A stretch of DNA of 64,000 nucleotides from a virus (IMGVR_UViG_3300035661_000038:17956-81955); one strand, 5' to 3'; positions 29,117 to 39,025 are shown, counted from the stretch's first letter. Made by a program: numbers and translations. Notes: generated by a model from the sequence alone, not told the origin.

Positions 29117-30556
29117 TCACTCCCAGTAGCCGGTGAACGAAACCAAGAACGTAATGACGCCCGAGCTCGTGGCAGTACCGAGGTTCTTGAGCACCGTCTG
29201 GATGAACTCGCCGGGCTGCACAACGATCGGCGCCGCCGAAAAGTCCGCGATCACCGATCGATCGTCACGAACGCCAACCGCGGCAGAGGCCGCGAACACC
29301 TGAATCCCAAGCGGCACACGACGCGGCGCCTTCGTCGTCACGGTCTCCGTGGTTGCGAGCGAAACAGCGGTGTGCCCGAATGCAAGCGACCACGCGGCGA
29401 TGACGGGGCCGCCCGCAAGCACCGTGGTCACCGCGCCTTCGATCTTGACCCCGGTGATGTAGAGCGACTTGCCGGGGATGGTCGCGGTGCCTGCGGGCAC
29501 CTGGTAGCTGCTGATGATCCCATCGGTGCCGGCCGCGAGCGTCGGCTGAAGCGAAAACTGCCCGCCGAGTCCCGAGCCAAGCGCGGCGGTCGTGTTCGAC
29601 GCCGCTGCACCAGTACCCGCGGCAAGGTTGTTCGTGTAGAGCGCCGTCGAGCCCATCGTGCCGCCCGTCGGCCCCTGGCAGCTCATGTCGCCGCAGCCGA
29701 CCGCCTGGTGACCCCACGGCTTGTTCGTCGCGATGTCGCCAAGCGACACGTCGACGAGCCCGACCTTCATCACCTGCGCCGCGCTCGTGGCGCCCGTGTT
29801 GTACGTACGCAGCAAGATCGGCAACGACTGCACCGCCATCACAGCACCAGCCGCGGCCACTCGCGGGACGATGCCGACGAGCACGTTATCGATCCAGAAC
29901 GTCACGTCGTCATCGCTAATCCCGACGATAAAGTGCCGGGTAGTATTGGTCCCGACGAGAGACGCCGCCGAGAGCGCGGGCGTCACCTGCTCGACGCCCG
30001 CCGAGTCGATGTAGACGCCCTTGAACGAGCCATCGGCGAAGTAGCGGAAAAACGCACCTGCCGTCGGTGCAGTCGTGCCGGTGGCGATGCCGAAACCCCA
30101 CTCACTCACGTTGTTCGCTTGTGGGAGCTGGGCGAACTGCAACGTGCACTCGAACCACAGCACGCTCGTGCCCTTGAAGGTGAAGCTGCGATAACTCGAC
30201 ACGCGCGCGACGGCGCCAGACGCGGTAGACGCGCCTGCGTTCAACGTGAGCAGCCCACCCGCCACGGTGACGGTCGCGGTCGTGGCGGGAGCCGTCCAGA
30301 TCGCCGAATTCAGCGCCGTGCCGGGAAAAAGCTCTGTGAAGAGCACCGTGTCGATGCTCACGCGAAGGCGGAAGTCCTTCGAGGCTTCGAGTGCGCGCAC
30401 GAGGCGCGTGGCCGTGGCGGTGCCGGCATCGACCTCGGATGCGAGCGACGCAAACCCCGACTTGGTCTCATCCGAGTTGAGCGCGATCTCCAACTCGTGA
30501 TTCGCGTTGACTTCGGCGACGACGCCCCCGAGCCCCTGAATCGGAAGTCCAGCCAT
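29117..30556 (-). CDS. Virion fibre/appendage protein, beta-rich
   Basis: 479 aa Thr/Ala/Gly-rich; VTFWIDNVLVG lectin-like segment. Confidence 0.55.
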   Translation of the reverse strand: MAGLPIQGLGGVVAEVNANHELEIALNSDETKSGFASLASEVDAGTATATRLVRALEASKDFRLRVSIDTVLFTELFPGTALNSAIWTAPATTATVTVAGGLLTLNAGASTASGAVARVSSYRSFTFKGTSVLWFECTLQFAQLPQANNVSEWGFGIATGTTAPTAGAFFRYFADGSFKGVYIDSAGVEQVTPALSAASLVGTNTTRHFIVGISDDDVTFWIDNVLVGIVPRVAAAGAVMAVQSLPILLRTYNTGATSAAQVMKVGLVDVSLGDIATNKPWGHQAVGCGDMSCQGPTGGTMGSTALYTNNLAAGTGAAASNTTAALGSGLGGQFSLQPTLAAGTDGIISSYQVPAGTATIPGKSLYITGVKIEGAVTTVLAGGPVIAAWSLAFGHTAVSLATTETVTTKAPRRVPLGIQVFAASAAVGVRDDRSVIADFSAAPIVVQPGEFIQTVLKNLGTATSSGVITFLVSFTGYWE

Positions 30557-30835
30557 TCAGTTCCACACCCACCGGACAGTCCACTGCCCAGTGAGGCTCC
30601 AATCGGAAGTTGCGTAGATGGTGAAACCCGTGCCCGCGACGATTTGCCCGACGCGCACGATGATGGGCACGATGCGGTGCTCCACCTCGTTGTGATCGGC
30701 GGAAGTCTCTGCCATGAGCCACGCCTCCGCGACGGAGCTAGCCGAGATGCCCGCCTGGCCCGTGACCACAACCGAAGCCACGGGACTACCCGGCGCAGCG
30801 CCGAAGTCGAGCGTCGCAGTGCCAGTAGCACCCAT
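30557..30835 (-). CDS. Small virion structural protein
   Basis: GTATLDFG...GFTIY...VRWVWN. Confidence 0.55.
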   Translation of the reverse strand: MGATGTATLDFGAAPGSPVASVVVTGQAGISASSVAEAWLMAETSADHNEVEHRIVPIIVRVGQIVAGTGFTIYATSDWSLTGQWTVRWVWN

Positions 30836-30836
30836 G

Positions 30837-31274
30837 TCAGGTCTCCGTCACCGACGACGCGGCTGCGATCTGCGGCGTGACGCCGTTCGTGATCACGATG
30901 TTCGGAGTCAGCGTGCCTGAGTAGAGGATCTCACCCGCACCGCTCGCGAGCGAGCCGATCGAAAAGTGCGTCGCCGTCACGGAACCACCCGTGCACGCGG
31001 CGAACGTCACCGCCGAGACGAAGGTCACGACGTTGGACGCGACGTTGAAGCCGGCCGCCGAGCGCGCAACCGCGACGCGCGCGTAGCCACCGGCATACGC
31101 GACTTCGTTGGTCGACTGGTCGCCAGCGCTCGGGTCGGCCGTGTGCAACGCCACGTAGAGCGAGCCCGCCGTGCTCGATGGCTGTAGCCCGCCCGCGTTG
31201 CCAATATTCGCGATCGCCGTGTTCTGAAAAATCAGCTTGAGCAAGTCGTTGTCGAACGTCGTTCCCTTCGGCAT
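30837..31274 (-). CDS. Virion structural protein
   Basis: LYVALHTADP...EVAYAGGYARVAV motif; ATG 7 nt after TAGCCT. Confidence 0.65.
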   Translation of the reverse strand: MPKGTTFDNDLLKLIFQNTAIANIGNAGGLQPSSTAGSLYVALHTADPSAGDQSTNEVAYAGGYARVAVARSAAGFNVASNVVTFVSAVTFAACTGGSVTATHFSIGSLASGAGEILYSGTLTPNIVITNGVTPQIAAASSVTET

Positions 31275-31363
31275 GTCCACGAGGCTACGCGGGCCACCGC
31301 ACGACACAAGCGCTTAGCCCCGAGGCACCAGAAGGGATTCTGGCAACGCCATGATTCGCCGAG

Positions 31364-31747
31364 CTATCTGCGTGGGAGCATCCCGCGCAGCTCCTCGGGC
31401 GTGCCGCGCTCCAATCGCTTCGAAAGCGGCGCGAGCTCCCCCACACGCGGGCCGCGCGCTGAGATCGACTTCGACGTCTCGAGCTCGGGCATCGGGTACG
31501 CGATCGGCTCCTTGTCGGCGAGCATAAGCAGCGCCACCTCCGCGCGCGTCGCGTTGCGCGTCGCGGTCGCGAGCTTCTTGCGCGCAAGCTCGCGCGCCGG
31601 CGACTGCTGCGGGCTCTTCTCGTAGCGGCGCCGCGCCTTGCGCAGCTTCGCCGACCACACCTGGTACGCGCGGATCGCCTCCGCGAGCTCGCGTGAGATC
31701 ACCGCGAACGAATCCGCCTCCACCGTCGCGCCCACGAGCCCCTTCAC
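31364..31747 (-). CDS. Hypothetical protein
   Basis: GTGA coupling; GGAGG SD. Confidence 0.5.
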   Translation of the reverse strand: MKGLVGATVEADSFAVISRELAEAIRAYQVWSAKLRKARRRYEKSPQQSPARELARKKLATATRNATRAEVALLMLADKEPIAYPMPELETSKSISARGPRVGELAPLSKRLERGTPEELRGMLPRR

Positions 31748-32103
31748 GCCGCACCCCCCGGTGCACTCATCCCCAACCGCGCGTCCCGCGTCGCCGCATC
31801 GCGCACGACCATCCGCGCCGCCTCGACGAGCAGCGCGTTCCAGCCCTTCGGGTCCTGAGCGCTGCGCGCGAGCGCGATCGCGTCGACGTAGACACGCGCC
31901 TCGATGGTGAACGTCTGCCCCTTCGGGTCGGGCGTGAACTCGATCGCGAGGTCGAGCGGGCTCTGCTGCGTCTTCGGGTCCTCGTGCCAGAGCGACCACG
32001 CGATCGTCATCGTCTCACCCGAGAGCAACCCGTGCGTCTTCGGCTCTTTGACTGCCGCGCGCACCCCACGATCGATCTCCAACGACGTTCCGATCTTCTT
32101 CAC
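31744..32103 (-). CDS. Hypothetical protein
   Basis: GTGA coupling; GGAGG SD. Confidence 0.55.
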   Translation of the reverse strand: MKKIGTSLEIDRGVRAAVKEPKTHGLLSGETMTIAWSLWHEDPKTQQSPLDLAIEFTPDPKGQTFTIEARVYVDAIALARSAQDPKGWNALLVEAARMVVRDAATRDARLGMSAPGGAA

Positions 32104-32435
32104 GGCAACCTCCGCGGCGGCTTGAGCACCTTAGGTCCTAACCGCCAATCCTCGGTCAGTGCAAACGACCCCATAGCGAACCGCCGCTCTGCGTAGTTCT
32201 CCACCGGCCCGATATCGCCCGTCTTGCCGAGCCGCGCGAGCACCCCCTCCACCCATTGGCGCTGTCCCGCGGTGAGCACGCGACCGAGTACAATGCGGCC
32301 ACGGTGATGGTTAAGAGTGTTGATCTCGGCGGCATCGAGACGATCGGGATCGTCCAGCGCCAGATCGATCATCGCCCCGTCTCGCCGCCGCTGAGCGGCG
32401 GCGAGTTGCTCATCTGAAAGTCCAATGCGGCTCAT
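32100..32435 (-). CDS. Hypothetical protein
   Basis: ATG 8 nt after TAGGCT. Confidence 0.55.
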   Translation of the reverse strand: MSRIGLSDEQLAAAQRRRDGAMIDLALDDPDRLDAAEINTLNHHRGRIVLGRVLTAGQRQWVEGVLARLGKTGDIGPVENYAERRFAMGSFALTEDWRLGPKVLKPPRRLP

Positions 32436-32534
32436 GTCGGTCAAGCCTAGATGCCGCGCCCGCGCCGCGCACAAATCGATCAATCGACCCGGCCGCCGTC
32501 GACCCACTCTGCGCACACGTCGCCAACGAGGTAC

Positions 32535-32556
32535 GACCAAAAGGTGCCTTTTGGTC
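32535..32556. repeat. 22-bp dispersed palindrome copy 6 (GGTGCC)
   Basis: 1 nt after the stop of the ParB-domain gene. Confidence 0.95.
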
Positions 32557-32557
32557 G

Positions 32558-32974
32558 TCAGCGCAGGTGTGCCCACCGTGCGAGCCCGCTTACCCCGTCG
32601 AGGTCGACGACACGCGCCGGCGCCGTCGTCTCACCGCGTTGGACGGCAGCCGCGAGGCGATGATGCCCGTCAAAGATCCGCAACTCCCCGTCCCGCCGAA
32701 ACACCGTTGGTAGGTCCACGAGCATCCCCCGCGCGTTGCGCTTGCCCTTAGCGACGTCGGGGGGGTCCTTCGCGAACCGCGCGACTTCCGCCGGGTCGAC
32801 GGTCGGCTGAGTCGCAACGAGCTCCGAGAGCGTCACACGCTCGACCGGCGCGCGCTCGACGAGCTTGTCGAACGCCGCCGTCGGCACCGAGAGGCGCGGG
32901 CGCGCGTCACGTACCGGCCACGGCACCGGCACGCCGTCGCCGCGGCGCATGTCGGGCTTCCTCTCGCCGGGCAT
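32558..32974 (-). CDS. ParB/Srx-like domain protein
   Basis: LVATQPTVD...LPTVFR...IFDGHHRLAAA. Confidence 0.75.
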   Translation of the reverse strand: MPGERKPDMRRGDGVPVPWPVRDARPRLSVPTAAFDKLVERAPVERVTLSELVATQPTVDPAEVARFAKDPPDVAKGKRNARGMLVDLPTVFRRDGELRIFDGHHRLAAAVQRGETTAPARVVDLDGVSGLARWAHLR

Positions 32975-33026
32975 GCACGCGAGCTTACACCGAGCGGCAC
33001 GCGCACGAGGCACCCCGAGAAGCGCC

Positions 33027-33070
33027 GAAAACGACTCGACCCCGGCCCATGGTCGGACCGGGGTCGAAAA
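33027..33070 (-). terminator. Intrinsic terminator
   Basis: TCGACCCCGG/CCGGGGTCGA stem with a T-run downstream. Confidence 0.6.
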
Positions 33071-33129
33071 CGCGCGAGCGAGGCGCCTAGCGGCTCTGCA
33101 CCGTCCAGTTGGTCACATCACACCAATCA

Positions 33130-33567
33130 TCACGCGTGCGCATAGCCATCGGCCTTGACGTAATCGGCGATCGCCACGAACGCATCCGCGTCCGCCTCGA
33201 ACACCCGCTGAGCGAGGCTCGTGAAGATGGTCCGCTTCACCGCGAGCCCCGACGCGCACACCAGCTTGTGCTTCGCGAGCGCGTACCCGAGCTCGATGTA
33301 CGCGCCGCGCGAGGCCGTCACCGGCGCAAGGAACCACACGATGTCCGCGCGATCGATGCCGTCAGTGAGGTCGTTCGTCGCGCGGTGCACGCGCTCCTCG
33401 TCGGTGAGCATCGCGTCGCCGCCCTTGGCGATGCTCGCTTCGATGCCGTCGGTCCAGTCCACGGTGATCTCCACGCCGATGTCACGGAGCGCTTTGAGCC
33501 AGGCGCGCACCCGCACGAGCTCCAGCCCCGACCCCGCGACGTAGACCCGAAGCGCTCGCTCGCTCAT
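33130..33567 (-). CDS. Nucleoside 2-deoxyribosyltransferase-like protein (in frame with an upstream coiled coil starting at 33987)
   Basis: VYVAG, DWT, DLTDGIDRADIV and SRGAYIELGYALA motifs; ATG 6 nt after TATGGT. Confidence 0.75.
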   Translation of the reverse strand: MSERALRVYVAGSGLELVRVRAWLKALRDIGVEITVDWTDGIEASIAKGGDAMLTDEERVHRATNDLTDGIDRADIVWFLAPVTASRGAYIELGYALAKHKLVCASGLAVKRTIFTSLAQRVFEADADAFVAIADYVKADGYAHA

Positions 33568-33983
33568 CGGCCGACCATAGCGCACTGCGCGCCCCCCGAA
33601 CGCCGTCCAAGAAGAATCGTCGACCCGTCGCGCACCCTCACGCGCGATGGTTTCCGCCGTGCCCAGGTCCGTGGCCTTCCTCGCTGCGCCGCGGATGCGC
33701 TCGGCGCGCTTCGCAATCTTCTTCCTGAGCTCCGCAACGTCATTGCGGACAACGTGGCCCTCGTGATCCACCTTCAACCCGCACGGGCACGCGTCCGCGA
33801 ACCGTCGATAAAGCTCGTCGAAGCGCCGCGCCTCATCCTCGCGCCGCTCCTTCGCGCGCTTCCTCGCGGCCTTGGACCGCGCTTTGAGCCGAGCGACGAC
33901 ACGGCGCCCGGCATCGCGCTCAGCGCGCGCCTCTTCGAGCTCCTCGCGCAACCGCGCGATCACGTCCTCGGGGTCGCGCGCCG

Positions 33984-34169
33984 TCACGGCACCTCCACGA
34001 CGCGCCACGCGCCTTCCAGGGCAACGATGAGCGCGGCCTGCTCGGCGTTCTCTCGCGTGGGGAACCGCGCGGCGTCCGCGCGCCGGCCCCAAAGATGGAG
34101 CGCGCTCCCGCACGCGTACTCGACGAGGCGCGGTTCACACGGGTCGTTCCGTTCGATCACGAAGGCCAT
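33984..34169 (-). CDS. Small hypothetical protein
   Basis: GGAGG SD; MAFVIERND...AARFPTRENAE. Confidence 0.5.
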   Translation of the reverse strand: MAFVIERNDPCEPRLVEYACGSALHLWGRRADAARFPTRENAEQAALIVALEGAWRVVEVP

Positions 34170-34462
34170 CAGCGCACCTCCGGGACAAACGCGAGGCGCT
34201 GCGGACGAGGAGCGGGCGAGGGGATGGGCGCTCGGGGCATACGCTCTCGATGCCGCGCGTGAGCGCGCCTGCGCCCCGAGGACGCGTCGAGGTGGGAGCG
34301 GACGACGGTTGCCCCGTCTGCGGGCGGCGGACGCGCTAGGCGGCCCGCTCGCGCGCCTCGCGGGCGCTCTTCTCGCGGTGGCACGAGATGCAAAGCGTCT
34401 GGAGGTTCGCGAGCCCGCCCGCGCCCCCGCGCCGTCCCTGCACCGCGGTCGATGCCACTGAC

Positions 34463-34484
34463 GACCAAAAAGCGCCTTTTGGTC
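34463..34484. repeat. 22-bp dispersed palindrome copy 7 (AGCGCC; arms extend to 14 bp)
   Basis: ACTGACGACCAAAA-AGCGCC-TTTTGGTCGTCAGT at 34457-34490, just after stop 34486. Confidence 0.95.
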
Positions 34485-34485
34485 G

Positions 34486-34689
34486 TCAGTCACCCCGGCC
34501 TTCGCGCGCGGCCTTCTGGTGGGCCTTGAAGGCACGCTCGCCGATGGCCTTCTTGCGCAACCACACGGCCAGCGCCTTCGGGTCGTCGATGTCATCCTTG
34601 CCTTCGAGATCGCCAGCGAGCTTAGACGCGCCCTTCGACCTCGCCCACACCATCAGTCCCTTGTTCTGCTCAGGCACCGTCTTAGCCAT
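34486..34689 (-). CDS. Small basic protein
   Basis: IDDPKALAVWLRKK; ATG 7 nt after TAGTCT. Confidence 0.6.
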   Translation of the reverse strand: MAKTVPEQNKGLMVWARSKGASKLAGDLEGKDDIDDPKALAVWLRKKAIGERAFKAHQKAAREGRGD

Positions 34690-34699
34690 GAGCCCGAGA

Positions 34700-36445
34700 C
34701 TACCGCGCGAGCAGGTCGAACCCGAGCCCGCCGCCTGAGGGACCGGCGTTGCCCCCAGAGGGGATGCCGAGCTGGCGCGCGCGCTCGCGAGCCATGTAAA
34801 GCGCCATCAGCACGTCGTCAGTGTGGTTGGTCGGCGTGTAGTAGAGGCACGCGTCGACGAGGCGCTGGACCTGCGGATGGCACTTACCGTGCTGGTCGTT
34901 GGGGATGAGCCACGCGCCGTTGCGCATCTCGATGAAGAACGCGGGCACGCCCGTGTCCGGGTGAGCCTTGGCGCGTCCCGTCGTCAGCCCGTCGATGGGC
35001 ACGAGCTTGTTCTTGGCGCGCGTGAACTGCTTGATGAAGTCCTGCGCGGCGTTGTTCTCGACCATGACGAGCGGGTCGAACTCGCGCACGCGGTATTGCT
35101 CCCACTTGGCGATGATCTTGTCGACGATGGTAGGTCCGTCGAGCTGGCCGCAGTCGACGTCGAGCAGAAGCCGCGTCCCGTCGTCCCAAACCTCGAACGT
35201 CACGATCGCGGTGTCGTCGTGCTCCTCGCCGGGAGACACCGCGAGGTCGACGCCGATAACGCACCACTTCGCGCGCGCTGTCGGCTTCGATTGCAACGAA
35301 TAGATGCCCGCCTCGCGTGCAAGGCGCTTGGCGAGCTCGATCCACTCCACCTTGCACAACGCCGTATCGTCGTCGCGGCACACCTGGCACTGCACCCGAT
35401 TGAATTCGGCGGGGCTCTGCGTCCGGCGAAGGTTGTCGATGACGGCGACCGAGTGCCGCTCAGGCCACAGCGGCACCTGGTTGAGCGGATCGGGATCGTG
35501 CGCCGTCAAGCGCAGCGTACCCGTCGTCGCGCCGTCGACTCCGGGCACCTCGGGGCGCACGTGGGGGGCAATCTCGTCGTCGATGCCCCACGTGTCCGGC
35601 CCCTCGGTGCCGTCGAGATACTTCACGGGCGGCAGGCTGTACTTGATGCTCCCCAGAATCGACATCCGCAACGTCGGCCACCCCGCGCGCTCGGCGCGGT
35701 GGAGCAAGTCGTCGGGGTGCCACGCCGTGTTGAGCATCACCGCCTTGGCATCCGCGGGATCGAGACGCGCGAGCGCCGTGGAATCGATCCACGTGTGCAC
35801 CTTGTCGCGCTGCGCCTTGGTCGCGGTGTTGTCGCGCGTGAGGATGTCGTCGATGACGAGCCACTTGATGCGCTTGCCGGGGAGGCGCTTCGAGTCCATC
35901 CCGCACCCCATCAGCGACGGAGTGCGGATGCCATAAGGTCGGTCGACCACGAGCGAGTTGACCGTCCACGGCTCCCCCTTGCGCGTCGTGCGACGAAGGT
36001 CAGGGAAGACGAGCCGCAGCCGCGCGGAGGTCTCGATGTAGCTGCGCACCATCTGCAACGGGTCACGCGTCTGCGCCTCGGTGGCAGAAATGTACGCGGC
36101 ACGCGTGCTCGGATCGTTGCCGAGCATCCAAAGCGTGATCCCGCTCGCGGTGAACGTCTTGGCGAACCCGGGAGGCATGAAGATGACCGACTTCGAGTGC
36201 TTCTCGATGAAGTCGAGCATCACGCGCTGATGCGGCAGAACGCGTAGGTAGTCCTGGGTCATCTCGTCGCGGAGCACGAACTCAAAGAAGTCGACGAGGC
36301 TCGTGCGCGCGCGTTGGGCGCGACGAAGCACCGCCAGCCCCGCGCGCTTGGCGATCTCGGGATCAGTGAGCGGGGCGGGGTCGTCGGGCGGGAACAGGCG
36401 GGGCAAGCGCAAATCGTTCGCGGGGCTGGTCATCGTGTCGCGCAT
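34700..36445 (-). CDS. terL: Terminase large subunit
   Basis: Walker A MPPGFAKT, Walker B LVIDD, nuclease motifs IGVDLA, HDDTA and TDDVLMA. Confidence 0.92.
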   Translation of the reverse strand: MRDTMTSPANDLRLPRLFPPDDPAPLTDPEIAKRAGLAVLRRAQRARTSLVDFFEFVLRDEMTQDYLRVLPHQRVMLDFIEKHSKSVIFMPPGFAKTFTASGITLWMLGNDPSTRAAYISATEAQTRDPLQMVRSYIETSARLRLVFPDLRRTTRKGEPWTVNSLVVDRPYGIRTPSLMGCGMDSKRLPGKRIKWLVIDDILTRDNTATKAQRDKVHTWIDSTALARLDPADAKAVMLNTAWHPDDLLHRAERAGWPTLRMSILGSIKYSLPPVKYLDGTEGPDTWGIDDEIAPHVRPEVPGVDGATTGTLRLTAHDPDPLNQVPLWPERHSVAVIDNLRRTQSPAEFNRVQCQVCRDDDTALCKVEWIELAKRLAREAGIYSLQSKPTARAKWCVIGVDLAVSPGEEHDDTAIVTFEVWDDGTRLLLDVDCGQLDGPTIVDKIIAKWEQYRVREFDPLVMVENNAAQDFIKQFTRAKNKLVPIDGLTTGRAKAHPDTGVPAFFIEMRNGAWLIPNDQHGKCHPQVQRLVDACLYYTPTNHTDDVLMALYMARERARQLGIPSGGNAGPSGGGLGFDLLAR

Positions 36446-36462
36446 GACCGTGAGGCTACACC

Positions 36463-36484
36463 GACCAAAAAGCGCCTTTTGGTC
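36463..36484. repeat. 22-bp dispersed palindrome copy 8 (AGCGCC)
   Basis: Between stop 36486 and the terL -10 box (36453-36458). Confidence 0.95.
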
Positions 36485-36485
36485 G

Positions 36486-36692
36486 TCAGCCGCCGCGCGC
36501 GAGCTCGTAGAGTGCGTCGAGTCCCGCCCGGGCGTCGCCGTCGCAGAAGATCGCCCGCTGCACCGTCGCCACAAGCTCGGCAGCCCTCGCCTCTCGCGCC
36601 TCTCGCGCGAGCCGGGCGCGCGTCGGGTGGCGACACCCCTCGCAACACGGCGACGTCCGCCCCGAGAACACGATCGTCGAGGGCGAGCTCAC
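36486..36692 (-). CDS. Small hypothetical protein
   Basis: GTGA coupling; CCEGC. Confidence 0.45.
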   Translation of the reverse strand: MSSPSTIVFSGRTSPCCEGCRHPTRARLAREAREARAAELVATVQRAIFCDGDARAGLDALYELARGG

Positions 36693-36919
36693 GGCAGCTC
36701 CGAGAGCGACGGCGCGACGATGGTCTCATCGCTCGTCATCCACGAGACGATGCGAATGACCTGGCCGCACTCGGTGCACTCGACGATGCGCTGCTCCCCC
36801 TCGCCGTACGAGACGGCGTAGACGCACTTGCGGCACCCGGGACACAACGTCTCAGGCTTCACGCCCATCGCGTCGAGCGTCTCAACGGCCGCGGCGATAA
36901 GCGACGGCGACGGCTTCAC
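36689..36919 (-). CDS. Small zinc-ribbon protein
   Basis: CPGC...CTEC. Confidence 0.55.
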   Translation of the reverse strand: MKPSPSLIAAAVETLDAMGVKPETLCPGCRKCVYAVSYGEGEQRIVECTECGQVIRIVSWMTSDETIVAPSLSELP

Positions 36920-37869
36920 GACCGGCCTCGCTGCCGCGCTTCGCGCTCCTCAACCAACCGTTGCGCGATGTCGCGACACCTAATCGTCTCGCGACCGAAG
37001 CAGTGGGTGTTGCACAGCTCACACTCGCACTCGATCGGGTGAGCGCGAGTCGCGGCGTCGGCGATGACCCGGAGGCACGCGGAGCACGTCCCCGTCTCAG
37101 GCCGGGGACCGACAGGTGACGGGTCGGTGCCCGCCTCCAACGCCGTCAGCTCCGCCGCAAGGAGCACCGGCAGCGCCTTGGTCACCGCGTCGGGCACCGC
37201 CCGCGCCACAACATCGGTGGTGCTCGCGCGGCACCGCCCCGCGTCGCCGATCGGTTGATAGAGCGACACCGCCCATACGATCTGCTTACGGTCGAGCGGT
37301 GGGCGCACGAGTACTCGAACCGAGCCCTCGCGCGCGACGAACGCCGCGAACTCGTCGCGCATCGCCGGCGTCAAGCGCACGGCGAACGGCTGCCCGGAAA
37401 TGTAAACCGAGATCCAGTCGTCATCGGGGCGCGGACGCCCGAGCACCTCCGCGTCGATCGCCGGGTCGAGGCCGGCACGCGACTCCGCGCGCGGGCTCGC
37501 GATGCCCTCGTGGACCTCGGCCGCGCGGCGCGCCACCCACGTCGCCTTCGGAATGGCATAGATGCGCGTGAGCTCGGCATCCAAGAGGTCCGACGCACGC
37601 ACGCCGACCGCCGAGCAGTAGGCAAGAAGCGTCACCGCCACGGCGCCCGCTTCCTCAAGCGGGTCGCCCGGCGGTCGCCCGTAAACGCGCTTCACGACGG
37701 CCTCGACGACGGCCGATGAGAGGTGCTCCGCTTGAGCAAGCTCGACGGCCTCTTCGACGAGCCGGACGATGCGTTCGGCGCGGTCACGCGCGAGCCCCTC
37801 ACCGAACGTCTCGCACACCCACGCATGGAGCCGCTCCTGTTCGCGGTCCAGATCCAAGGTCTCACTCAT
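36916..37869 (-). CDS. MazG-like all-alpha NTP pyrophosphohydrolase with C-terminal extension
   Basis: WVCETFG...RLVEEAVELAQA...LEEAGAV; C-terminal Cys cluster. Confidence 0.65.
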   Translation of the reverse strand: MSETLDLDREQERLHAWVCETFGEGLARDRAERIVRLVEEAVELAQAEHLSSAVVEAVVKRVYGRPPGDPLEEAGAVAVTLLAYCSAVGVRASDLLDAELTRIYAIPKATWVARRAAEVHEGIASPRAESRAGLDPAIDAEVLGRPRPDDDWISVYISGQPFAVRLTPAMRDEFAAFVAREGSVRVLVRPPLDRKQIVWAVSLYQPIGDAGRCRASTTDVVARAVPDAVTKALPVLLAAELTALEAGTDPSPVGPRPETGTCSACLRVIADAATRAHPIECECELCNTHCFGRETIRCRDIAQRLVEEREARQRGRS

Positions 37870-37995
37870 CGCTGTCTCTCCGGCTTTTCACCAACCAACA
37901 TCGACAACGCGCCGAACACGCACCGCCTCGTCCGACCGCGCAAGTCAGTCCGGTGAACGACTTCGATCACCACGCCGAGGACGATGCCGCGCGGG

Positions 37996-38592
37996 TCACT
38001 CAGCAGCATCGTCCTCACGCGCAGCTACCCGCGCCGCGAGCTCTACCGGCGCCACCGCCAATGCGTCGTAGGCGCGCGCCTTGGCGTCGCGCTCCGCGTC
38101 CTCGCGAAGAAGCGCCTGGATCTCGTCCTCGCTCATCTCGCCGAGCACCGCCGTGACCGACTGCGCGATGGCGACCGCCGCTTTGACCTCGACCTGCTGC
38201 GGGGCGAGATCGCCAGCGATCTCAGCGGAGAGCTTCTCCAGCGTCGCCACCGCACTCCACTTCTTCTCCGCTGTCGCCTTCTGGATCTGCGTCTGGATGC
38301 GACGCAACCGCCGCTCTTTGCGCAGCCCCAAGGCCATCTCACCCTCGCGGATCCACACCGTGTGGATCCGCTGAATGAGCGTATCGACGCGCGACTTGGT
38401 GATGCGGTAGCCGATGCCACCCGCCTGCGGATCTCGCTCCGAGAGGCGCGCGATCGTCGAGGCGTCGAGCCCCTGGACGTACAGCTGCTCGACCCACGCG
38501 CGTTGCGCGCGAGCCTCCGCGGCGGTGAACTTTTTCCGCGCGTAGGCCCGTTTTTTCTGCGGCTGCGGAGGGCGAATGGGGGTTCGCGGCAT
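37996..38592 (-). CDS. Putative terminase small subunit / HTH protein
   Basis: VEQLYVQGLDASTIAR HTH-like segment, coiled coil, LGEMSEDEIQALL tail; upstream of terL. Confidence 0.55.
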   Translation of the reverse strand: MPRTPIRPPQPQKKRAYARKKFTAAEARAQRAWVEQLYVQGLDASTIARLSERDPQAGGIGYRITKSRVDTLIQRIHTVWIREGEMALGLRKERRLRRIQTQIQKATAEKKWSAVATLEKLSAEIAGDLAPQQVEVKAAVAIAQSVTAVLGEMSEDEIQALLREDAERDAKARAYDALAVAPVELAARVAAREDDAAE

Positions 38593-38764
38593 GTTACTTT
38601 TTTTTTTATAGGAGCACGTGCATCTGTGCGGCGTCGAGCGCACGTCGAGGTTGAACGCTGCCGCACGGGGCGCATCGCCACGGAGCACGAGAGGCTCTCG
38701 GCGAGATCGTCGTCGAACCGATCGAGCTTGCGCTTCGACAGCCGCTCCTGTCGCTCCAGGTCCT

Positions 38765-39025
38765 TCACGCGCGAGTCGATGCCTTCGTGAGCCGCGCGAC
38801 GACTCGCGGCACGCTCCGCTCCGCTTCATCGGGGCTCGCCGCGTAGATGCAGATCGCCCGGGTCGGCGAGACAGTGAGGAAGTGCTGCATCAGGCGCGTC
38901 GCCTCACCCGAGGGGGCAACGCGGATGTAGTGGGGCGGGAGGCGTCGACCGCCCAGGTACGGGTGAAGGTGGAGCTCGCCTGTCGAGAGCACCACGACCG
39001 CGCCGACCACCTCGATCCGACTCAT
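38765..39025 (-). CDS. Hypothetical protein
   Basis: ATGA coupling. Confidence 0.45.
   Translation of the reverse strand: MSRIEVVGAVVVLSTGELHLHPYLGGRRLPPHYIRVAPSGEATRLMQHFLTVSPTRAICIYAASPDEAERSVPRVVARLTKASTRA

Noticed and set aside
27541-29136. 531-aa plus-strand ORF antisense to the repeat protein
   Set aside because: It mirrors the repetitive codons of the minus-strand gene, which is the one coupled to its neighbours.
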